Shown here: piece by piece, positions 18,700-26,779 of the stretch
How positions within the stretch are numbered: the stretch's first letter is position 1
Layout of the letters: the number at the start of each line of letters is the position of its first letter
Assembly: GCA_964523465.1 (NCBI GenBank)
Contig: CAZFZW010000001.1
Location: forward strand, 1-44,670
Length of the DNA: 44,670 bases
Source of the DNA: an uncultured Clostridium sp.
GTDB lineage: Bacteria; Bacillota; Clostridia; Oscillospirales; Acutalibacteraceae
Reading direction: 5' to 3'
Position numbers and translations under genes: made by a program
The notes under the pieces: generated by a model
Databases searched by the model: none
What the model saw: only the letters and a program-made list of their open reading frames with translations
Told to the model about the DNA's origin: nothing

Positions 18700-19557
18700 T
18701 TACTTTTTATATCCCTGTCTGAGTGTTGCAACACGGCAGGCACGGGCGTATGCCATGGTGACATATTCTTCATAAGATATGTTTTCGTACTGCTTGTTGT
18801 CGATGCGGTCGGGTTTCGAGAAACAGCTGAGCTCAAATGACATTATGTCGTCAAAACCGCAGCGGTCAAGTCTTGCGGCAATGTCATTCCAATCTGCGAT
18901 GCCGTCAAAGGGGAGCAGATGCAGGTCATCACGCCAGGTTATCACGCCGTCAAAGTTGCGGATGCCGAGGTTGTCGTTTATGTGCGTTGCAATCAGGCGG
19001 TCGCCGTAAAGGGACAGCATATCCTGACTGTGGTTGTAGCACATTTCGTGACCGGTGTCCCAGCAGAAGCCGACAGCAGGACTGTCCTTGAAACGTTCCA
19101 TAACTGCGGCGAGGTACTCTTCGCCTTCAACATTCTCAAATGCGACCTTGACTCCAAGCTTCTCTGCCTCGGCAACTATCTTTGCGAAGTTTTCAAGGCC
19201 TACTTCGGTCGGTGTGTGGTCATCGAAACCGATGAAAGTGTGGGCGACCATTATCGGAACCTTGTTTTCGGCACAGGTACGCACACAGCCTATGAGCTGA
19301 TTGACAGCTTCATCGGCATCGGGGTCTGTTGTCCAAATGTCGCTCATAAGTGAGAACGGAGCGTGTATTGACTGGAAAATCATACCCTCTTCGTCTGCGA
19401 TTTTACGCCACTGAGCGATGTTTTGACGCCATTCCTCGGTGTGCTTATACTCGAGGAAAAATCCCTCAAATCCGACCTTTTTATAAAGTCTAATCTGGTC
19501 TGCTATCGGGATGGGGAACTGCGGGCTGGCGTTCATGGCTAACTTATATTTCCACAT
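18700..19557 (-). CDS. Sugar phosphate isomerase/epimerase (xylose-isomerase-like TIM barrel)
   Basis: SIHAP, AFEN, DTGH, THINDN, DLHLLPFDG. Confidence 0.9.
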   Translation of the reverse strand: MWKYKLAMNASPQFPIPIADQIRLYKKVGFEGFFLEYKHTEEWRQNIAQWRKIADEEGMIFQSIHAPFSLMSDIWTTDPDADEAVNQLIGCVRTCAENKVPIMVAHTFIGFDDHTPTEVGLENFAKIVAEAEKLGVKVAFENVEGEEYLAAVMERFKDSPAVGFCWDTGHEMCYNHSQDMLSLYGDRLIATHINDNLGIRNFDGVITWRDDLHLLPFDGIADWNDIAARLDRCGFDDIMSFELSCFSKPDRIDNKQYENISYEEYVTMAYARACRVATLRQGYKK

Positions 19558-19597
19558 TTTAATTGGGTCCTTTCTGCCGAAACTTTCCGGCAGTTCA

Positions 19598-19625
19598 ATT
19601 ATAGATGATGCACCGAAAAAGTCAA
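19598..19625 (-). promoter_or_regulatory. Sigma-A promoter of the epimerase gene
   Basis: TTGACT-16 nt-TATAAT on minus strand. Confidence 0.7.
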
Positions 19626-19637
19626 GAGCCGAGAGCT

Positions 19638-20624
19638 TTATTCATACTGCTCAAGTGCTTTGTGTGCAAGTGCAATGAAGTCGCTGCGGACGCTGTCGGG
19701 CGAAATTATGCTTATCTTGTCGCCGAAGTTCATTATCCATGTCAGGAAAACGGGACTTATGAACACCCTGACACGTGTATCAAAATGCGTGTCGGTTATG
19801 TTGGAGAATGTCACATCCTGACCGAATCGGTCGATGATAACGCCTGCGAGTTCGTTTGCACAGCGCAGTGTGACGGTCTCCTCTCTGCCTCCGTACATAC
19901 CAAAGGTCTGTTTTGAATACAGTGCCATGTCAAAGTCTTTGAACAGTTCACCGCCGTCACGTTTTTCGTCGGTGACATTGATGCTTACCATCTTGTCCAC
20001 CCTGTAGTGCTTTATCAGCTCGTCCTCGGAGTCGTAGCCTATCATGTAATAGTTCTCGTCGTCCCAAGTGAGTGCCCACGGGCTGATTACATACCGCTTG
20101 CCGTTATGACGCAGTTTCCTGCGCTTGTGCTCATCCCATGAGAAGTATTGGAACGATACTTTGACATTGCGGTTTATCGCCTCGTGTATGTAGTCCACGG
20201 TGTAGTAGATGCTCTCGTTCATGGTCTTTATGCGGTTTGATATGAACACCTGCCGTTGAAGCTTTTGAGCATCGTATCGACTTGCAAAGCTTTCGATTTT
20301 CTTGATAAGCTCGTTGCTCTTTTTGTGCGTGATGAATCTTGAAGATTGCACCGCATCCACAAGGAGCTTGAGTTCCGGCAGTTCAAAGTCACGGCTGACC
20401 ACATGATAGCTCACGGTCTTGTTGCGGCTCGGGATAATATCGAACCCGAAGTTCTGAAGAGTCTCAATGTCGTTGTAGAGTGTCTTTCTCTCGGCCTCGA
20501 TTCCGTATTCCTGTAATGCTTCGGCTATTTCAACAATAGTCAATCCGTGTTCTTCGTCTGTGCGTTCGAGCATGATCTTCATCAGATAGAGAATCTTCAT
20601 CTTTTGATTTGGTTTTTTAGGCAT
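19638..20624 (-). CDS. WYL-domain transcriptional regulator (HTH-WYL-WCX)
   Basis: N-terminal wHTH (ERKTLYNDIETL), WYL core (ISPWAL..NYYMIGYD..HYRVDKM), WCX tail; ATG 20624 after GGAGG. Confidence 0.93.
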   Translation of the reverse strand: MPKKPNQKMKILYLMKIMLERTDEEHGLTIVEIAEALQEYGIEAERKTLYNDIETLQNFGFDIIPSRNKTVSYHVVSRDFELPELKLLVDAVQSSRFITHKKSNELIKKIESFASRYDAQKLQRQVFISNRIKTMNESIYYTVDYIHEAINRNVKVSFQYFSWDEHKRRKLRHNGKRYVISPWALTWDDENYYMIGYDSEDELIKHYRVDKMVSINVTDEKRDGGELFKDFDMALYSKQTFGMYGGREETVTLRCANELAGVIIDRFGQDVTFSNITDTHFDTRVRVFISPVFLTWIMNFGDKISIISPDSVRSDFIALAHKALEQYE

Positions 20625-20745
20625 AGTATATCCTCCCGATTTTGTTTTCGGATATATTATAATAAATCGTATGTCCAATAAAACGGACTTTGCTTTGACA
20701 CGCTCCCTGTTAAGCGAATTTTTTCAAAGAATCTTTTCACTGTCC

Positions 20746-20774
20746 ATTATACATTGGAAATTTCAATATTGCAA
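20746..20774 (-). promoter_or_regulatory. Sigma-A promoter of WYL gene
   Basis: TTGCAA-17 nt-TATAAT on minus strand. Confidence 0.75.
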
Positions 20775-20792
20775 TAACAAATGCGGAGAAAA

Positions 20793-20882
20793 TTAGACGA
20801 CACAATCGGCATACAATGCTGTATGCTGATTGTGTCGTCTAAACAAAAAAATTCCCCTGTGTGAACCGGTCACACAGGGGAA
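20793..20882 (-). terminator. Two consecutive hairpins downstream of the PHP gene
   Basis: 20852-20882 stem with long U tract on minus strand; 20793-20842 23-bp near-perfect inverted repeat. Confidence 0.75.
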
Positions 20883-20898
20883 AGTAGTACGATTTTGA

Positions 20899-22320
20899 TT
20901 ATTTCTTGAATGCGTCGTTGTGGGTCAGTGCAAACCAGACCTTGCAGAACAGATCACTCTTGCCGCAGACGTAGAGAATGGAGTCAGCGAAAAGCTTAAC
21001 AACATTGCCCCAGTCGAAGAAGAACTTGTTCTCGGCCTCGGGTGCGCCGTCATAATCAAGGGTGAACGGCTGAACATAGAGGATAGCACCCTCGCCAAAG
21101 ACTTCGGCTCTGACATAGCTGCCGATTTCGTCCGAATAATCATCGAGGTCGATGGTGTTGCCGACATGGATAACCTTGCCGTCCGCAATCCAGTGAACAG
21201 TCAGAGCGTTCTCTGCGGTGATGGAGATTGTGTCCTCCTTATCATCAACTGTGATGTTGGTGATGACGGGCTGAACTGTGCCGGTCTCTGCGTGCCACTG
21301 ACCGTTTTCGTCAGCGAGGTTGTAGCCGACTTCCTTGCTCAGCTGCTCAAGCTCGGGAGTGTTCTTGATGTTTCTGCTTCCTGCAAAGAAAGCACCCTGC
21401 TCCATGCAGGACTTGAGGTTATCTACAGTGTTTTCGGGCATGAGCATGATGGTCCAGCCGCTGTCCATTGCGGAGAAACGGTGAGCATCGGCACTTGCGA
21501 GAGCGAAAACGTTTCTGCCGGAGGGAACGACCTTCTGAAGAAGAATATCCCAAAGCTTGCGGTCGTGGCGTGTACGGCCGTCGCCCTTGCTGTTGACATC
21601 AACGCCGATGCAGGAGGGATATTTCTTGAGAAGTCTTGCGAACTTGTTGATGTAGTAATCGTAATCCTCGTTGTAAGCCTTGTCAAAGTCATCCTCGTGG
21701 CGTGCGTCTGTGTACTCGCCGGGATGGTTGATGACGGAAAGTCCGCCAAGCTCGTCAACATTCTTGATGGGGGTCTCGTAGTCGCTTGTGCCGCCGAGAA
21801 CGCCGTTGCCGTAGTCAACGAACCATGAGTTGACATGTGAGTTGTTGATGGAGACGGGGTTGTTCTCAATGCCGTAAGGCACACGGAGCATACCTCTGCC
21901 GTCTCTGTCAGAGCCGGTGGTTATTTCCTCATAACGCTCCTGAGTCAGACCTGTGGGCTTTGCAAAGCTGTCTCTTCTGAAGCCGAGTGCCCACTGAAGA
22001 GCGGGAACATAGTTGGGCTCAGTCCAACTTCTGTCAACGGTTCCGTGGTCGGTGATGGCAAGAATGTCGTAGTCCATTGAGTAGTATGTCTCAATGACAT
22101 CCTTGAAATCGTCATCGCCGTCGGAGACAATGCTGTGGTTGTGAAGGCTGGCTTTGTACTGGCCGTAGGTTTCCCAGTTGACGGTTGAGTAGGGGTTCGT
22201 GATGGTGTAATCAACATCCGCTGCCTCTTCGCCCTGTGCAAATACTACGGGGAGTGCGCCCACGCATATCAGAGCGGCGAGCAGAAGAGAGAGTACACGC
22301 TTGAAATAGCTGTGTTTCAT
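20899..22320 (-). CDS. Secreted PHP-domain metallohydrolase/phosphoesterase
   Basis: Signal peptide; LHNHS..SDG, AITDH, GIE, INHP, ADAH metal ligands. Confidence 0.8.
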   Translation of the reverse strand: MKHSYFKRVLSLLLAALICVGALPVVFAQGEEAADVDYTITNPYSTVNWETYGQYKASLHNHSIVSDGDDDFKDVIETYYSMDYDILAITDHGTVDRSWTEPNYVPALQWALGFRRDSFAKPTGLTQERYEEITTGSDRDGRGMLRVPYGIENNPVSINNSHVNSWFVDYGNGVLGGTSDYETPIKNVDELGGLSVINHPGEYTDARHEDDFDKAYNEDYDYYINKFARLLKKYPSCIGVDVNSKGDGRTRHDRKLWDILLQKVVPSGRNVFALASADAHRFSAMDSGWTIMLMPENTVDNLKSCMEQGAFFAGSRNIKNTPELEQLSKEVGYNLADENGQWHAETGTVQPVITNITVDDKEDTISITAENALTVHWIADGKVIHVGNTIDLDDYSDEIGSYVRAEVFGEGAILYVQPFTLDYDGAPEAENKFFFDWGNVVKLFADSILYVCGKSDLFCKVWFALTHNDAFKK

Positions 22321-22486
22321 GTCGTTTCTCCTTTATTTTAATATAATTGCTTTCAGTTAGCAATGGTTACCTAAGCAATTATACAATATCTAATCAAAAA
22401 AGTCAAAAATTTTATGCGATTTTTTTCGTGGCTATGGAAAATATTTTGGCTGTATGTTAAAATTATGTAAAATGTGAGGGAGCGCT

Positions 22487-23170
22487 ATGGACATAAAACA
22501 GGAGCTTTTAAAGCTCGTCGATGAAAAATACCGTGACTTTACTTCGGCACTTATTCCGAATGTCCCGAAGGAGAGGGTGCTCGGTGTTCGTTTGCCCGAG
22601 ATAAGGGCACTTGCAAAGCGAATATTGAAAGAGAGCGGCGGCAAGCTTCCGAGTGTGGAATACGGCTCGACCCTTGAAGAGAAACTGCTGCACGGCTTTG
22701 TCGTCGCAGGGGCGAAACTTCCGCTTGAGGAGCACCTCAAGGCGGTTGCCGACTTTGTGCCGGAGATAGACTGCTGGTCTGTGTGCGACAGCTTTGTTAC
22801 AAGTCTCAAGTTCTTCAAAATGAACCGGGAGAGGGTATGGGAGTTCCTGCAACCGTATTTTGCTTCCGATAAGCCTTATTATATCCGCTTTGCCGTGGTG
22901 TCGTCACTTTCACATTTTTCTCAGGCTGAGTACGCAAAACGGGCATTTTCAAAATTTGACGAAATATCGAACAACGATTACTATGTCAAAATGGCCGTGG
23001 CGTGGGCGGTGTCCGTGTTCTTTGTGCACACGCCCGAAATTACATGGGATTATCTCAACGAAAACTCGCTCGATGACTTCACATTTAACAAAGCACTTCA
23101 AAAGATAACCGAGTCCTATCGCGTCTCGGCTGAGGATAAAGCAAAAATACGCTCAATGAAGCGAAAATAA
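22487..23170 (+). CDS. alkD: DNA alkylation repair protein (AlkD-like)
   Basis: LGVRLPEIR, IDCWSVCD, YYVKMAVAW, NKALQK. Confidence 0.88.
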   Translation: MDIKQELLKLVDEKYRDFTSALIPNVPKERVLGVRLPEIRALAKRILKESGGKLPSVEYGSTLEEKLLHGFVVAGAKLPLEEHLKAVADFVPEIDCWSVCDSFVTSLKFFKMNRERVWEFLQPYFASDKPYYIRFAVVSSLSHFSQAEYAKRAFSKFDEISNNDYYVKMAVAWAVSVFFVHTPEITWDYLNENSLDDFTFNKALQKITESYRVSAEDKAKIRSMKRK

Positions 23171-23186
23171 TCACAGGAGAAGAAAT

Positions 23187-25673
23187 ATGAGCTTTTTGAG
23201 AAAAATCATTTCAAAAATCATCAACCTCTTTCTGAGCGCAACGGCGCAGGGAATGAGCAAGGGCGAACTCGGCTCGCCCGAGGTGTCCGGGGAGATCAAG
23301 CAGACCGCACGCACGGCTGCCTCCGAGGGCATAGTTATGCTCAAAAACGACGGAGTTTTGCCGCTCAAAGACGGCACGACTGCCGTTTTCGGCAGAGTAC
23401 AGAAGAACTTTTTCTTTGTAGGCTACGGTTCGGGCGGCGATGTCAACAAGCCCTACAGTGTTAACCTCATTGATGGTATGAGAAATGCGGGCATAGCGGT
23501 TGACGAGCAACTCGCAAAGACCTATGACCGTTGGACGAAGCTTCACCCTGCGGACGACGGCGTGTGGGGAATGTGGCCGAGATTCTATGACGAAATGAAG
23601 ATTAGCGAGCAGACGGTTTCGGATGCCGCATCACGCTGCGAGAGTGCGGTTGTCGTTATCGGCCGCTCGGCAGGTGAGGACAGAGAAAACGCACTCAGCC
23701 GTGGCAGCTATTATCTGACAAGAGCAGAGAGGGCGTTGCTCGACAAAGTTACTGCAAAATTTAACAAAGTGGCCGTGCTCATAAACAGCGGCAACATCAT
23801 TGATATGTCGTGGCTTGAGGATTACGGCGACAGGATAGGTGCGGTTTTGTATGTCTGGCAGGGCGGCATGGAGAGCGGAAACGCAATAGGCGATGTGCTC
23901 TCCGGCAAGCTTTCACCGAGCGGCAAGCTCTCGGACACTGTTGCAAAGGAGCACAAATTCTATCCGGCCGCATCGAATTTCGGCGCAAGACATCACAACA
24001 ACTATGTTGAAGATATTTTTGTCGGATACAGATATTTCGAGACCTTCGCCCCCGAAAAGGTGATGTTTCCGTTCGGATTCGGCATGAGTTATACCGAGTT
24101 TGAACTTTGCGATAAAGCGGTTATTGTTGACGGCGACAGCATTTCGGTTTGCGTAACTGTCAAAAATGTCGGCGAATTTTCGGGCAGGGAAGTCGTTCAG
24201 GTCTATCACGGCGCACCGCAGGGCAAGCTCGGCAAGGCCGCAAAGAGCCTTGTGGCATATGCCAAAACACGCACGCTCGCCCCGGGCGAGGAGCAGAGGA
24301 TGGAGCTTTCTTTCTCCGCCTGCCGTATGGCCTCTTATGACGATTCGGGCAAGACGGGCAATGTGTTTTGCTATGTTCTCGAGGAGGGCAGTTATCCGAT
24401 ATATGTCGGCACGGATTCACATTTGTGCGTTAAGTCAGGTGAGTATACTGTCCCGACTCTTCGTGTCGTGGAACGTTTGAGCAGTCATGCCGATTGTGCG
24501 CCGAAGTATCCGTTTGAGAGAATGACCGCATTTGAAAAGCCCGACGGCACGGTGGGACTTCGTTATGAGACTGTCCCCACAAGGACTGTTTCACGCCGTG
24601 AGGAAATAGTAGGTAATCTTCCGAAAGCACCCGATTTCACGGGCGACCGGGGCATAAAGCTCATTGATGCGGTCAACGGCAAGGCGACCTTTGAGGACTT
24701 TGCCGCTCAGCTTGAGGACAAAGAGCTTGAGGCACTCTGCCGTGGCGATTATGTTATGAACAGCAAGCTCGGCGCACCCGGAAATGCGGCGGTTTATGGC
24801 GGAATAAAAGAGTCTCTGCGAGACAAAGGTATACCGCCCGTCACCGCAACGGACGGCCCCTCCGGCATAAGACTTCATTGCTACGCCTCGCTTTTGCCCA
24901 TCGGCACATTGCTTGCGTGTACATGGAATCCCGAGCTTGTCGAGAGCCTTTATGCCTGCCTCGGCGAAGAGATGGTTAAAAAAGGTTCGGATGTCCTGCT
25001 TGCCCCCGGAATGAATATCCACAGAGATCCGCTTTGCGGCAGAAACTTCGAGTATTTCTCGGAAGATCCGCTACTCACGGGCACAATGGGTGCGGCGTTC
25101 GTCAGAGGTATGCAGTCAAAAGGCGTGTCGGCGTGCCCGAAGCACTTTGCCTGCAACAACCAGGAGACACTGCGAATTTTTACCGATTCACGCCTTTCCG
25201 AGCGAGCACTTCGTGAAATATATCTCAAGGGATTTGAAATATGCGTCAAGACCGCAAAGCCGCATAATATTATGACATCGTATAACAAGATAAACGGCGC
25301 ATGGGGACATTATCACTACGGAACCTGCACGGGAATACTCCGTGACGAGTGGGGATATGACGGCTGCGTGATGACCGACTGGTGGATGCGTGCTGCAAAA
25401 GACCCCGACTTTAAGCGTCTGAGAAACAACGGCTACCGTGTTCGTGCACAGGTCGATGTGCTTATGCCCGGCGCAGGAGCAGGCTCAAGAGCGGCTGTCT
25501 ATGACCCGACCCTGCTTTCTTCCCTCGGCAAAGATGACGGCATAACAAGGGGCGAGATTGTCCGCAGTGCGATAAACACTCTGCGTTTTGTCACCCGCTC
25601 GCAACCATTTACAAAGGAACATTCACTCGGAGTTACTTATGTTCCCGGCGAAAACTGGTTTGAACACAGATGA
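23187..25673 (+). CDS. Beta-glucosidase, GH3, permuted domain order (C-domain first)
   Basis: EGIVMLKN, PFGFGMSYT, DGPSG, GRNFEYFSEDP, KHFA, MTDW nucleophile. Confidence 0.95.
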   Translation: MSFLRKIISKIINLFLSATAQGMSKGELGSPEVSGEIKQTARTAASEGIVMLKNDGVLPLKDGTTAVFGRVQKNFFFVGYGSGGDVNKPYSVNLIDGMRNAGIAVDEQLAKTYDRWTKLHPADDGVWGMWPRFYDEMKISEQTVSDAASRCESAVVVIGRSAGEDRENALSRGSYYLTRAERALLDKVTAKFNKVAVLINSGNIIDMSWLEDYGDRIGAVLYVWQGGMESGNAIGDVLSGKLSPSGKLSDTVAKEHKFYPAASNFGARHHNNYVEDIFVGYRYFETFAPEKVMFPFGFGMSYTEFELCDKAVIVDGDSISVCVTVKNVGEFSGREVVQVYHGAPQGKLGKAAKSLVAYAKTRTLAPGEEQRMELSFSACRMASYDDSGKTGNVFCYVLEEGSYPIYVGTDSHLCVKSGEYTVPTLRVVERLSSHADCAPKYPFERMTAFEKPDGTVGLRYETVPTRTVSRREEIVGNLPKAPDFTGDRGIKLIDAVNGKATFEDFAAQLEDKELEALCRGDYVMNSKLGAPGNAAVYGGIKESLRDKGIPPVTATDGPSGIRLHCYASLLPIGTLLACTWNPELVESLYACLGEEMVKKGSDVLLAPGMNIHRDPLCGRNFEYFSEDPLLTGTMGAAFVRGMQSKGVSACPKHFACNNQETLRIFTDSRLSERALREIYLKGFEICVKTAKPHNIMTSYNKINGAWGHYHYGTCTGILRDEWGYDGCVMTDWWMRAAKDPDFKRLRNNGYRVRAQVDVLMPGAGAGSRAAVYDPTLLSSLGKDDGITRGEIVRSAINTLRFVTRSQPFTKEHSLGVTYVPGENWFEHR

Positions 25674-25679
25674 AAAACA

Positions 25680-25718
25680 GGGGACAGCTCATTTTTTTGA
25701 GCTGTCCCCATAGTTTTT
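25680..25718 (+). terminator. Terminator after GH3
   Basis: GGGGACAGCTCA/TGAGCTGTCCCC. Confidence 0.8.
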
Positions 25719-25787
25719 GCATTTTCACAATTGGCTGAAAAATCTGCCGAAAAATAGCGGGAATATGTGCAAAAATGCGGATTTGGG

Positions 25788-25816
25788 TTGACTAAACGCT
25801 TCCTGCGTGTTAAAAT
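25788..25816 (+). promoter_or_regulatory. Sigma-A promoter of lipoprotein gene
   Basis: TTGACT-17 nt-TAAAAT with extended TG. Confidence 0.75.
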
Positions 25817-25888
25817 CCTAACCGGTCGGCAGCAGTGTCGTCCGAGTTCCCCGACAGTCGTCGGAGTATATAGGAGATCAGAGGGTAT

Positions 25889-26536
25889 ATGTTAAAGAAA
25901 ATTTCTGCCTGTCTTTTGGCGGTTTGCCTTTCGCTGCTTATGTGTGCGTGTTCCGCATCACGCTCGGAAATATCCGCTTATGTCAAAGGCACGCTTGACT
26001 CGGTTTATTTAAATCAAAACAGTGACGAATACCTCAAAATGATAGACAGCACTGCCGAAGAATGTCAGGAGAGCTACAGGCAGTATGTTATGAATGAGGT
26101 TGAGTATTTCAACAGCTATATGGATATATCCGATGTCTCGGATGAAACCGAGCAGAGGGTTGTCAAAATAATAGAAACCCTGTATGCCAACTGCAAATAC
26201 GAAGTCGGAGATGTGACAATAGGCTCGGACAGGTTCCTTGTCAGTGTTACGGTTTATCCGATAGATGTTATCTCCAGAGCACTCGATGACGGCATAGCTG
26301 ATTTTGAACGCTCTTATACAGACAACGCCAGCAGAGGAAAATATGACGATATGTCGGACTCGCAAATCGAAGAGCTGTGGGCGCAGGGGATAATCTCCGC
26401 AGTCGAGGCAAATATGACAGATATAGGCTATCTCGACCCCGTAACCTTTTCGCTTCAAGTGCTTGAAGATGATGATGGTTATTATATCAGCGAGGATGAC
26501 CTCGTGCGTATGGACGAGCTGGTAATTCAGTATTAA
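25889..26536 (+). CDS. Acidic lipoprotein of unknown function
   Basis: Signal peptide with lipobox-like MCAC; AGGAG RBS. Confidence 0.85.
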   Translation: MLKKISACLLAVCLSLLMCACSASRSEISAYVKGTLDSVYLNQNSDEYLKMIDSTAEECQESYRQYVMNEVEYFNSYMDISDVSDETEQRVVKIIETLYANCKYEVGDVTIGSDRFLVSVTVYPIDVISRALDDGIADFERSYTDNASRGKYDDMSDSQIEELWAQGIISAVEANMTDIGYLDPVTFSLQVLEDDDGYYISEDDLVRMDELVIQY

Positions 26537-26570
26537 ACCGAATCCTGTTTTCAAAGAACAAAATGTTTAT

Positions 26571-26604
26571 ATCCGACCTGCTGCGAACACGGGTCGGATT
26601 TTTT
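26571..26604 (+). terminator. Terminator
   Basis: ATCCGACC/GGTCGGAT plus T tract. Confidence 0.8.
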
Positions 26605-26676
26605 GTTTGCGTGTGTTTTGTGATACCTTAAAAATTGCCGATGATTCTTACTCTGGGGAAAAATATTTGCCGTATC

Positions 26677-26705
26677 TTGACTTTTGACCGTGTTTTATGT
26701 ATAAT
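26677..26705 (+). promoter_or_regulatory. Sigma-A promoter of acyl-CoA synthetase
   Basis: TTGACT-17 nt-TATAAT. Confidence 0.8.
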
Positions 26706-26779
26706 AATTGTTCGTCCGCTCAGTTGCCATATGCAGATGAATGCTGAGATGTTTGTTTGACTGTAATGGAGATGAGAAA

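Noticed and set aside
20920-21828. 302-aa antisense ORF
   Set aside because: Shadow of the codon-biased PHP gene
22356-22371. GTTAGCAATGGTTACC upstream of the PHP gene as another metal-regulator box
   Set aside because: Right half has two mismatches and the context gives no support
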